Positions 1 to 8,125 of a stretch of DNA of 38,059 bases are shown here, piece by piece. The DNA comes from a virus. Lineage: Duplodnaviria; Caudoviricetes. The notes below the pieces were generated by a model, which saw only the letters and a program-made list of their open reading frames with translations, did not search any database and was not told where the DNA came from. Numbering within the stretch: the stretch's first letter is position 1; the number at the start of each line of letters is the position of its first letter. Location: the IMG/VR virus record IMGVR_UViG_3300025653_000098, positions 1 to 38,059 of that record; one strand, 5' to 3'. A program made the position numbers and the translations under genes.

Positions 1-114
1 ATCAATAAGTTCTTGGTTTCTTTTCTTTTCCTTTTGTGCTAAATGGTCAGCTATTACGTCTTCCATATTTTTTTCCTCTCGCGCTTCCGATAAAGTATTT
101 ATGTTTCGTCTCAT
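1..114 (-). CDS. Hypothetical protein, 5' part only (runs off the window start)
   Basis: ATG at 114-112 on the minus strand, open to position 1: MRRNINTLSEAREEKNMEDVIADHLAQKEKKRNQELID. It is preceded by an A/C-rich leader. Confidence 0.6.
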   Translation of the reverse strand, partial: MRRNINTLSEAREEKNMEDVIADHLAQKEKKRNQELID

Positions 115-197
115 GGTTTACTTATTAAGTGTATTGTTTGTTTATTTGTTGTTGGTGGTTTAGAGGGGGTTAACCCCTGTCTGATCTTATCCGGTTT

Positions 198-254
198 ACA
201 CAAAGTATGACATTAGCCCCTTAAGTATATATAATAGGGGGCTATTGTCATACT
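198..254. repeat. 57-bp palindromic element, copy 1
   Basis: Arms AGTATGACATTAGCCCC (204-220) and GGGGCTATTGTCATACT (238-254) have 1 mismatch and a 17-nt AT-rich spacer. 47/57 identical, ungapped, to 774-830. Confidence 0.9.
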
Positions 255-260
255 ACTTAG

Positions 261-494
261 TTAGTTAAATCTTAAGTGTACTTCATCTTCGTTTTGGATG
301 CATACTTCACATATCATGGGCTCTAAGAATGGTTTCATCTGGGCAAAGTATGTAGATGCTTCATACCCTTTTATTACTAGCATGGGCTTATCATTCCATG
401 ACATTTTTTCCTCAATGCCTAGGTAAAGGGCTTCGCTAAATTTTTTGTTGCGAGCTTTAATAAGCGTTTTGATTGCGTTAATGGTTGTTTTCAT
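261..494 (-). CDS. Small hypothetical protein (77 aa)
   Basis: ATG start with an A-rich leader and an upstream TATAAT on the minus strand (517-522). No recognisable motif. Confidence 0.65.
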   Translation of the reverse strand: MKTTINAIKTLIKARNKKFSEALYLGIEEKMSWNDKPMLVIKGYEASTYFAQMKPFLEPMICEVCIQNEDEVHLRFN

Positions 495-773
495 GATTTT
501 TTAAATTGTTTTATACATTATATTTCTAGGTCTGTTTTTTTATCACGTTTTTGAAAATGACTAATTTAGATCTGATCAGGATATATACATAGGTATCGGG
601 CAAAGGTGAACGTTAACTGGAGGTCAAAACAAAAAGGTAAAACTTTTGGCGGCATTGGATCAAAACCGACCCCCCTGGGGTCAAGCAAATCGTTTTCCGA
701 TTGACCTGGTGCATGCGTATATATATATACAACCCAAAACCCAAAAACATCTAACACAATCAAAAAACATTCA

Positions 774-830
774 ACACAAAGTGTGACATAAGCCCTATAA
801 GTATACTTAGTAAGAGGCTAATGTCATACT
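774..830. repeat. 57-bp palindromic element, copy 2
   Basis: ACACAAAGTGTGACATAAGCCC...GGCTAATGTCATACT. Same length and orientation as 198-254. Confidence 0.9.
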
Positions 831-863
831 TAAATGTTTTACATACAATGTAATATACATACT

Positions 864-1139
864 ATGGCACAAAAACTATCCGTAACAGCTAAAGCAGCCA
901 AAGCTATAAGAGACAAAAAGATAGCTATGACCGAAGATCGTAAGGACAAGAAGGCTGAGAACCAAAGGTTGAGGAGGGCTAAGCTAAAAGAGCTTACAAA
1001 GAAGTACAGTGCCGCATACGCCAAGAGGTGGTTAAGTCTTCACGACTATGACCACAAGTGTCGATGCTGGAAGTCTATTAAAGCTAACCGCGGTAACGAC
1101 GGCAAAGGAACTAAAAGAGAAGGTAAAAAAAGAAAGTAA
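864..1139 (+). CDS. Small basic protein, possible degenerate HNH-like C-terminus
   Basis: K/R-rich ORF with DYDH...KANRG. Start at ATG 864 (MAQKLS) is preferred over 834. Confidence 0.65.
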   Translation: MAQKLSVTAKAAKAIRDKKIAMTEDRKDKKAENQRLRRAKLKELTKKYSAAYAKRWLSLHDYDHKCRCWKSIKANRGNDGKGTKREGKKRK

Positions 1140-1141
1140 CA

Positions 1142-1438
1142 ATGGAAACAGAAACTATCATATCGTTGATAGTTGGTTTAGTTGGTGCTTTAGGTCTTAA
1201 AGAAGGTTGGAATATCTGGAAGAAGAAAATAGACAACTCTACTCAAATTAAATCTGAAATACGGAACGATAATAAACAACGGATTAAAGAGCTAGAGGAA
1301 CAGGTAAACGAGCTAAGACAACGAATAGAAGAACTATTAATAGAGAACGCGGGTGTAAAAGCTAATGTTGCGCGTTTAGAGGAAAGAATTTTACTCACAG
1401 CAAAAAATAGAGTAAAAAGCCACGCAAAAGATAACTAA
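1142..1438 (+). CDS. Membrane-anchored coiled-coil protein (holin/lysis-accessory candidate)
   Basis: N-terminal hydrophobic helix IISLIVGLVGALGL followed by a heptad coiled coil. Function is inferred only. Confidence 0.6.
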   Translation: METETIISLIVGLVGALGLKEGWNIWKKKIDNSTQIKSEIRNDNKQRIKELEEQVNELRQRIEELLIENAGVKANVARLEERILLTAKNRVKSHAKDN

Positions 1439-1446
1439 CGGTGCAT

Positions 1447-1454
1447 TATCTTTG
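1447..1454 (+). promoter_or_regulatory. Bacteroidota sigmaA -7 box (TAnnTTTG)
   Basis: TATCTTTG(C) in the intergenic gap about 40 nt upstream of ATG 1495. No clear -33 TTTG seen. Confidence 0.55.
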
Positions 1455-1494
1455 CTGTAATTAAACCTTGCATCGAAACCTAAAACCAAGTATT

Positions 1495-1809
1495 ATGACT
1501 ACTTATTATTGGAGCTCTTGGTCGAACAACACAGCGGGAGGCCAAGACAAAACAGAAACCCATACCTTAGAACTGTGGGAAAGACTAACAGAAAAGAAAA
1601 ATTGGCGTATTGTTCAACTCGCAAATGGTTACTTCCAGACAGAGTTTCAAAACGTCGATCAGCGCTACGGCCCAGTAGATGAATGGAAACCTATCACACG
1701 TCGTGAGACGCTAGAGGGCGCTGAGGCTGCTATCGACGGCAGCATAGAACATTATGAGAAAAAACTTGAGTTCGCTAAAGGGCCCAAAGTGGTTAAGACC
1801 TTCGAGTAA
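1495..1809 (+). CDS. Hypothetical phage protein
   Basis: ORF track gives 1468-1809 with a TTG start; the in-frame ATG at 1495 is preferred. Composition looks globular. Confidence 0.75.
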   Translation: MTTYYWSSWSNNTAGGQDKTETHTLELWERLTEKKNWRIVQLANGYFQTEFQNVDQRYGPVDEWKPITRRETLEGAEAAIDGSIEHYEKKLEFAKGPKVVKTFE

Positions 1810-1820
1810 TGTATATACAG

Positions 1821-1852
1821 TGAGGGTGGGGAAACCCACCTTCATTTTTTTT
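1821..1852 (+). terminator. Intrinsic terminator-like hairpin
   Basis: TGAGGGTGGG-GAAA-CCCACCTTCA followed by T8. Confidence 0.75.
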
Positions 1853-1869
1853 AAATTTAATTAAATACA

Positions 1870-3441
1870 ATGAACTATAATCATCCAAGCGAGATTGTCA
1901 AAGACCTGACCTTTGGCGTTAGCGCTAGAAATAAAATTTTGTCAGGTGTAGATAAACTCTACAAAGCAGTTAAATCAACACTAGGTGCATCGGGTAAAGC
2001 AGTTATTTACGAAGATGCCCTTGGACAGCCTGTTATTACAAAAGACGGTGTTACCGTTGCTCAAAGTGTTGTGCTATTAGATCCAGTAGAAAACATGGGC
2101 GCTACACTAATTAAGCAGGCCGCGCAAAACACAGTACGAGAAGCCGGTGACGGCACAACGACATCGACGGTACTTGCCCACGCGCTTTTATCAGAGGTTT
2201 ATGAATACTCTGGTGGTAGTGACATTAGGACAATAAAGCGTGGAATCGACACTGCGTATCACAACGTAGTTAAGTATCTTGACAAAATCAAGATTGATGT
2301 AGACGAAAAACTACTTGAGCACGTAGCGAAGATTAGCACAAACAATGATAAAGAGCTAGGTTCAATCATTGGAGAGGCATTTAATAAAGTAGGTAAACAA
2401 GGTGTTGTTTTACTTGAGGATTCTGGTACCAATGAAACTTATATAGATGTTATTGATGGAGCACAAATAGAGTGTGGTTTAAAGTCACAACATCTTATTA
2501 CAGACAAAGAGTCTGGTAAGGCTGTTTTAGAGACACCTTACATACTTATTATGGGTTCGCCTGTACCTAACGTGAGAAAAATACAGAACGTATTAGAACA
2601 CGTTATTAAGCAGGGCAGATCATTATTGATTGTTGGTACGGTAGAGCAACAGCCAATGGCAGCTTTACTAGCTAACAAGGTTAAAGGGAACATTAAAGTA
2701 AATATTATCGATGCTCCAGGATTTGGTAATACAAGGCCTGATACATTAGAAGACTTGGCTATCATGACAGGTGCTAGGGTTATTAATGAAGAGCTAGGTG
2801 ATGACATTGACTTTATTAGTCCAGAAGATTTAGGAGAAGCGCAGAAAGTTATTACGGATGAACGTAAAACTATTATAACGCTCAACCCTATGACGGATAA
2901 ATTAACCGAGCGCATTGAACATGTGCAAAATCTAATCAATAATGAAAAAGACAATCCATTTATTAAGAAAAGGCTTGAAGAGCGCATGGCTTTACTTACA
3001 GGTAACGTTGCTGTGGTTTACGTTGGTGCTGATTCGCAGGTCGAACTTAAAGAGAAGCGTGATCGCGTGGAAGACGCTATATACGCTACAAAAGCTGCAC
3101 TACAAGAAGGTATTGTACCAGGTGGGGGTATTGCCCTACTAAATGCTGCTCATAGAGTTAAACACAAAACCGATGGCGAAAAGTTATTGCTAAATGCAAT
3201 ATGCAAACCATGGGAAGTTATATTAGATAACGCAGGTTTTACAGCTAACGACATGGATGCAAGAGCTGGTTATGGTTTAGATGTATCAACTGGTAAAAAT
3301 GTAAACATGCTAAAGGCTGGAATTATTGACCCGGTATTGGTAACAAAAACAGCACTTAAAAATGCTATTTCTGTAACTAAGACTATAATTTCATCAGATT
3401 GTGTAATATCTAATATAAGAGTGGAAAATGCAAGCAATTAA
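1870..3441 (+). CDS. groEL: Phage chaperonin GroEL (Cpn60)
   Basis: Motifs TKDGVTVA, AGDGTTT, APGFG and EKRDRVEDA...GIVPGGG, GIIDP. 523 aa, no C-terminal GGM tail. Confidence 0.97.
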   Translation: MNYNHPSEIVKDLTFGVSARNKILSGVDKLYKAVKSTLGASGKAVIYEDALGQPVITKDGVTVAQSVVLLDPVENMGATLIKQAAQNTVREAGDGTTTSTVLAHALLSEVYEYSGGSDIRTIKRGIDTAYHNVVKYLDKIKIDVDEKLLEHVAKISTNNDKELGSIIGEAFNKVGKQGVVLLEDSGTNETYIDVIDGAQIECGLKSQHLITDKESGKAVLETPYILIMGSPVPNVRKIQNVLEHVIKQGRSLLIVGTVEQQPMAALLANKVKGNIKVNIIDAPGFGNTRPDTLEDLAIMTGARVINEELGDDIDFISPEDLGEAQKVITDERKTIITLNPMTDKLTERIEHVQNLINNEKDNPFIKKRLEERMALLTGNVAVVYVGADSQVELKEKRDRVEDAIYATKAALQEGIVPGGGIALLNAAHRVKHKTDGEKLLLNAICKPWEVILDNAGFTANDMDARAGYGLDVSTGKNVNMLKAGIIDPVLVTKTALKNAISVTKTIISSDCVISNIRVENASN

Positions 3442-3685
3442 TTTTTATTTAATCGTAGAAAAAATTAAGTCAGCCCCGTCAGTAGTTGGCGGGCTTGAAC
3501 TAACGGAATCACAGAATAAGGACGTTAGGTACTTAAAAGGCAAGGTGGTTAGTGTTGGCTCTGAAGTTATTGGTATTTGCGAAGACGATATAGTTTGGTA
3601 TGACAAGCACGCAGGTAACGGTATCGACATAGACAACAAGCTTTATAAAGTAATAAAGAACACCGACGTAGTTATTGTAGAATGA
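3428..3685 (+). CDS. groES: Co-chaperonin GroES (Cpn10)
   Basis: 85 aa with a mobile-loop-like GGLEL, GKVVSVG, DIVWY and IDNKLYKVIKNTDV. Overlaps the groEL end by 14 nt. Confidence 0.9.
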   Translation: MQAINFYLIVEKIKSAPSVVGGLELTESQNKDVRYLKGKVVSVGSEVIGICEDDIVWYDKHAGNGIDIDNKLYKVIKNTDVVIVE

Positions 3686-4122
3686 GGATTACTTGGTCTG
3701 ACTTAAAGGACGCGGGTATTCTTAAATACTACAGAGTAGTCCGTAAGTGGGCTAGAAGAACCTACGATCTAAAAGAAGCTGATATTGAGCTACTTATATA
3801 TTTAGACTCTTTAAATTATTTTACTCGCAATCAGTTTATGCAGGGCGAGTACATTTACTCTTGGGATAAGCATCGCTGGGAGCGATTGAGAAGAGAGGGG
3901 TGGATAAATGTATGGAGGGAGCGCAATAGAAAAGACGCTAAGTATGCGGTTTACACCTCATCATTTAAGTGTAAACAAATGATTGCTCGTGTATATAAAA
4001 TATTAGCTGGTGAAGAAGATTTACCAACGTCTGAAAGAAACATATTTTACAAAAACAAATCATACACTGATAAAGTCTTTAACAAGGCAATAGATGATAT
4101 GATAAAAGATCCAGATAGATAA
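3682..4122 (+). CDS. Hypothetical basic protein, possible winged-helix DNA-binding fold
   Basis: ATGA-coupled to groES. Pattern LKEADIELLIYL...RLRREGWINV...VYTSSFK is reminiscent of wHTH (weak). Confidence 0.65.
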   Translation: MRITWSDLKDAGILKYYRVVRKWARRTYDLKEADIELLIYLDSLNYFTRNQFMQGEYIYSWDKHRWERLRREGWINVWRERNRKDAKYAVYTSSFKCKQMIARVYKILAGEEDLPTSERNIFYKNKSYTDKVFNKAIDDMIKDPDR

Positions 4123-6482
4123 TGGCTAGAATAACATCATATTCTTTAGATCAAACCATAACAGTAAGCGACAAGGTAGTAGGTACTGATGCCGCAACTG
4201 GAACTGTAAGAAATTATACAATAGGAGAACTATCTGGCTTTATTAACACAGCCAATTTAGGTAACTACGATTTTGATACCACACAAACACCAGACGCTAG
4301 TACCGACAACTTTGTACTAACATACGATAATTCAACAGGTAAGATAAGCCTTGAGGTTGCAGCTGCTCAAGCTGCTTTTAATGTTGTAGACGATACAACA
4401 CCACAACTCGGTGGTACGTTAGATGCTAACGGTCAAGTAATTGACATGGGCACAAACGACATTACAGACGTTAAGGTTGGCCAATGGGACACTGCTTACG
4501 GGTGGGGTGACCACTCAACCGCTGGTTACTTAACCTCTGAAACCTCACATACTGATGTACTTGTAGATGGTGACTTTAGTACGTCGGGACTTATGACCAC
4601 TAATGGCTCTGGTACTTATAGTATTACCACTAACAATAGTTCTAATTGGGACACAGCTTACGGATGGGGTGACCATTCAACTCAGGGGTATATTACAAGT
4701 GAGACATCTCATGCCGATGTTGTTGTCGATGGTGATTTTACATCACAAGGAATTATGCTTAGAGGTGCTAGCAGTGGTACTTATAGTATACTAACAGATA
4801 ATTCAACAAACTGGAACACCGCTTATGGTTGGGGCGATCATTCTACACAAGGCTATGTTACAAGCTCTGGAGTAACAAGTGTTACAGGTACAGCGCCAGT
4901 AGTTTCTTCAGGAGGAGCAACACCTGCTATATCAATGGCAGCAGCTACCACATCTGTTAACGGTTATCTAACTTCAACTGATTGGACTACATTCAACAGC
5001 AAACTAAGTAATGTATCTGAAGACACTACACCTACGTTAGGAGGAGAGCTTGACGCTGATAGCAATAAAATTGTAAATGTTACAGATCCAACCTCTGCTC
5101 AAGATGCTGCAACAAAAGCCTATGTTGATGCAGCAGCTGGTGGCGGTGGAGATGTTACAGGCCCAGGAAGTTCTATAGATAACTCCATTGCCGTGTACGA
5201 TGGTACTACGGGTAAGGTTATTAAGAACGATACGGGTGTTACAATAGACACAAACAGTAACGTAATACTTGAAAACTGGCCAGAGTCGGACGGTGAGTTC
5301 AGAGGAGACGTAGACGGTGGTATTAGATTTACAGCGCAGGCTGATGGAGCATTATCCAAAGGTGACGTTGTTTATATTTCTGGTGCCTCTGGCGCAAATA
5401 CATTAGTAGCAAAGGCTCAATCTAACAGTTCATCAACAATGCCTGCATTTGGTTTTGTTAACAGGGCTGCTTTAAGTGGCGCGACTGTCCAAATTATTAC
5501 GTTTGGAAATATATACGGCTCAGGGACATACCCACTTGACACAACAACAGATTCTGAAAGCAACTCACTAACCATTGGTGATACAATCTATGTTAGCTCA
5601 ACAGTTGCAGGGGGATACACCAATGTAAAACCATCAGGTGAAACTAACCTAATTCAGAACATAGGTAAGATTGTTAGGGTAAACGCAAACAATGGTGTTA
5701 TAAAAGCAGGTGGTGCAGGTAGAACAAACGCAACACCAAACCTTAATTCCGCTAAAATATTTGTAGGTAACGCATCAAATCAATCAGCATCAGTTGCAAT
5801 GTCAGGTGATGTTACCATTGACAATACAGGAGTAACAACAGTAGGTACTATCAATTCCGTAGCGGTTGCCACAGTAACATCAGGCGCAGCGTTAGGAGCA
5901 ACAGCACAACAACCACCAAGCGAAGGCGCGTTTGTTAACGGTGATAAAACAAAGCTAGACGGTATAGAAGCTTTAGCGGATGTAACAGATGCAACAAACG
6001 TAACTGCAGCAGGTGCATTAATGGATTCTGAAGTTACAAACCTCGCGCAAGTTAAAGCTTTTGATAGTGCAGACTACGCAACAGCAGCACAAGGTACAAC
6101 AGCTGATGCGGCATTACCTAAATCAGGTGGTGCTATGACAGGTGCAATTACTGGTAATCAAGAAATAACAGGTAGAAGGCCAATAGTTTCTGACACTAAC
6201 ACAACTATAAACCTAACACTTGGAACACACGAGGGTGTATTCTTATACTCTGATAATGCTTCTGCAGTAACTGTAAATGTTCCAACTAACGCTAGTCAAG
6301 CGTTTCCAGTGGGTACAGAGATTGACATAATACAAGCAGGTGCAGGTACTGTAGGATTAGTTCCAGCATCAGGTGTTAACTTAAATGGCGCGAACACTTC
6401 AATACCAATTACAGCACAGTGGGGCGCTGTAACAATAAAACAAATAGTAGCAGACAACTGGATTGTTGTCGGTAAAATATAA
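4122..6482 (+). CDS. Tail fibre/spike-like structural protein (786 aa)
   Basis: T/S/G/A/D-rich, with fibre-type motifs DTTPxLGGxLDA (x2), DAATKAYVD and W(D/N)TAYGWGDHS (x3), and a C-terminal beta domain. Confidence 0.8.
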   Translation: MARITSYSLDQTITVSDKVVGTDAATGTVRNYTIGELSGFINTANLGNYDFDTTQTPDASTDNFVLTYDNSTGKISLEVAAAQAAFNVVDDTTPQLGGTLDANGQVIDMGTNDITDVKVGQWDTAYGWGDHSTAGYLTSETSHTDVLVDGDFSTSGLMTTNGSGTYSITTNNSSNWDTAYGWGDHSTQGYITSETSHADVVVDGDFTSQGIMLRGASSGTYSILTDNSTNWNTAYGWGDHSTQGYVTSSGVTSVTGTAPVVSSGGATPAISMAAATTSVNGYLTSTDWTTFNSKLSNVSEDTTPTLGGELDADSNKIVNVTDPTSAQDAATKAYVDAAAGGGGDVTGPGSSIDNSIAVYDGTTGKVIKNDTGVTIDTNSNVILENWPESDGEFRGDVDGGIRFTAQADGALSKGDVVYISGASGANTLVAKAQSNSSSTMPAFGFVNRAALSGATVQIITFGNIYGSGTYPLDTTTDSESNSLTIGDTIYVSSTVAGGYTNVKPSGETNLIQNIGKIVRVNANNGVIKAGGAGRTNATPNLNSAKIFVGNASNQSASVAMSGDVTIDNTGVTTVGTINSVAVATVTSGAALGATAQQPPSEGAFVNGDKTKLDGIEALADVTDATNVTAAGALMDSEVTNLAQVKAFDSADYATAAQGTTADAALPKSGGAMTGAITGNQEITGRRPIVSDTNTTINLTLGTHEGVFLYSDNASAVTVNVPTNASQAFPVGTEIDIIQAGAGTVGLVPASGVNLNGANTSIPITAQWGAVTIKQIVADNWIVVGKI
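4485..4866 (+). repeat. Intragenic tandem repeat, about 54-55 aa period
   Basis: W(D/N)TAYGWGDHST starts at 4485, 4647 and 4812 (162 and 165 nt spacing). Confidence 0.9.
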
Positions 6483-6485
6483 TAT

Positions 6486-7883
6486 ATGTTTGGATTAAAC
6501 CTAGGAGTAACAAGTTCGAGTGTATCAGCAGCGCCTGCGCCAGCAGCGTATGACTTTGAAAATTCTTTGCGCTATGATGGAGTTAATGACTATTGCAGCC
6601 TACCAGCAACCCAACAAATTGCCGCATCTAGCACAGAGTTTACTCTTTCGATTTGGATGAATCCTTTATACAATACTGAAAACGGACAATTTTGGGTTTT
6701 TGAAAATAACACTGCAAGAGATATGTGGTTTTTTTATCCAGCCGCTACTTATTTTAGATTAAATGGAAACACTAATGGAAACGCTTGGAGTTATGGTTAT
6801 GATACAGCAGGTCATACAGGAAGTTGGCATCACTATGTTGTAACAAGAGATAGCAGTAATGTTATAGAAATGTATGTTGATGGTGTAAAGCAAACAAAAT
6901 CCACAAGCAATACCAATAACAATAACCTTCAAATAAAAAATGTTGGCAATAGAAATAGCCTCACAAAACATTTCAAAGGCGAAATGGATGATTTCATTGC
7001 TGTGGGAGGCTATTGTGCAACACAACAAAATGTGACTGATTTATACAATGCAGGCGCAGGTGTAGACCCTACTACCATATTAACATCAGGCGTTTTTGCT
7101 TATTGGAAATTCAACGAAACAACAGGCACAACAGCAAGCGATTCATCAGGTAATTTGAATAACTTGACACTGAATAACTTCACAGGAGATTATTGGATAC
7201 CCCATTATCCTCCGCGTATTTTCAATAACGCAATATTCCCTGATGGCGTAAATGATAGCGGATTAACAGCTTCAAATTTATTAATCAATTCGACAACAGA
7301 TTGGATTACTTCTTTTTGGATTAAGGGAAGCGGCAGCAGTAATTCTACTAATATGATAATGACTAAAAGCACCACTACTGGAAACTATATTTATCTGAGA
7401 ACAGGAAGCACCCCTTACGTCAGGTGGCAACACGGAGCGAACAACACAAGAGAAGATTGGAGTGATGCAGGACTTTCAGGGTGGGATGATGGTAATTGGC
7501 ATCACGTTTATTTCTATCGAGTAGGAAATAATAGGCATCTTGTTTTTGATGGAGTGGATTACGGAAGTGGTGGAGCTTCAGGAGCACAAAGTGGGGTTGA
7601 TTTAGACAATTTCTTTGTAAGAGGAAACACTTCAACTTTTTATTCTAACGTGGCAATGGATGATGTTGTTATTCACGAAACAACAGGTAGCGTAGCGCAA
7701 GCACAATACCTTTATAACGGAGGTGATGGCGCAGACCCTGTAGCTGTTTTAGGTGCAACACCTAAGTATTGGTACAAGTTTGACATTAACAACGGAGACA
7801 CTACTGTACCAAATGATGGTACTATAGGCTCAAACGATTTAACACTTAGTAACTTCTCAGGAACATATATAAGCTCACACTAA
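6486..7883 (+). CDS. Tandem LamG/concanavalin-A-like domain protein (receptor-binding candidate)
   Basis: Two repeats: DGVNDY...FTLSIW...WHHYVVTR...MYVDGV...YWKFNE and DGVNDS...TSFWIK...WHHVYF...FDGV...YWYKFD. Confidence 0.85.
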   Translation: MFGLNLGVTSSSVSAAPAPAAYDFENSLRYDGVNDYCSLPATQQIAASSTEFTLSIWMNPLYNTENGQFWVFENNTARDMWFFYPAATYFRLNGNTNGNAWSYGYDTAGHTGSWHHYVVTRDSSNVIEMYVDGVKQTKSTSNTNNNNLQIKNVGNRNSLTKHFKGEMDDFIAVGGYCATQQNVTDLYNAGAGVDPTTILTSGVFAYWKFNETTGTTASDSSGNLNNLTLNNFTGDYWIPHYPPRIFNNAIFPDGVNDSGLTASNLLINSTTDWITSFWIKGSGSSNSTNMIMTKSTTTGNYIYLRTGSTPYVRWQHGANNTREDWSDAGLSGWDDGNWHHVYFYRVGNNRHLVFDGVDYGSGGASGAQSGVDLDNFFVRGNTSTFYSNVAMDDVVIHETTGSVAQAQYLYNGGDGADPVAVLGATPKYWYKFDINNGDTTVPNDGTIGSNDLTLSNFSGTYISSH

Positions 7884-8098
7884 TGAATCATTACGGATAT
7901 ATCACGGACAACACTTACATCGTACCTAATACAGCAATAACTTGGGATTTTGATAGATACAATGAAGATCAATCAATTACCAGCTACACAGGTATAGAAA
8001 GTACAGAACAAATAGATGACAACAAAGTCACAATGTTTGCGACACCTGACGCTTTCAATAATTGGAAATACGAGTTCCAGCCTGAAGAAGAAATATAA
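7883..8098 (+). CDS. Small acidic hypothetical protein
   Basis: TAATG-coupled to the LamG gene; 71 aa. Confidence 0.7.
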   Translation: MNHYGYITDNTYIVPNTAITWDFDRYNEDQSITSYTGIESTEQIDDNKVTMFATPDAFNNWKYEFQPEEEI

Positions 8099-8099
8099 C

Positions 8100-8107
8100 T
8101 ATATTTG
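8100..8107 (+). promoter_or_regulatory. Bacteroidota sigmaA -7 box (TAnnTTTG)
   Basis: TATATTTG(C), 18 nt upstream of ATG 8126. Confidence 0.5.
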
Positions 8108-8125
8108 CAAATAAACACATAAAAA

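Noticed and set aside
164-178. Palindrome GGGGTTAACCCC
   Set aside because: Short single hairpin in a leader with no convincing U tract in either direction, so no function can be supported.
566-763. 65-aa minus-strand ORF in the switch region
   Set aside because: Non-ATG start, and its composition simply mirrors the A/C-rich tract and hairpins. More likely non-coding.
198-830. CRISPR array or IS element as explanation of the repeats
   Set aside because: There are only two copies, 576 bp apart, with no spacer periodicity, no cas or transposase gene, and no evident target-site duplication.
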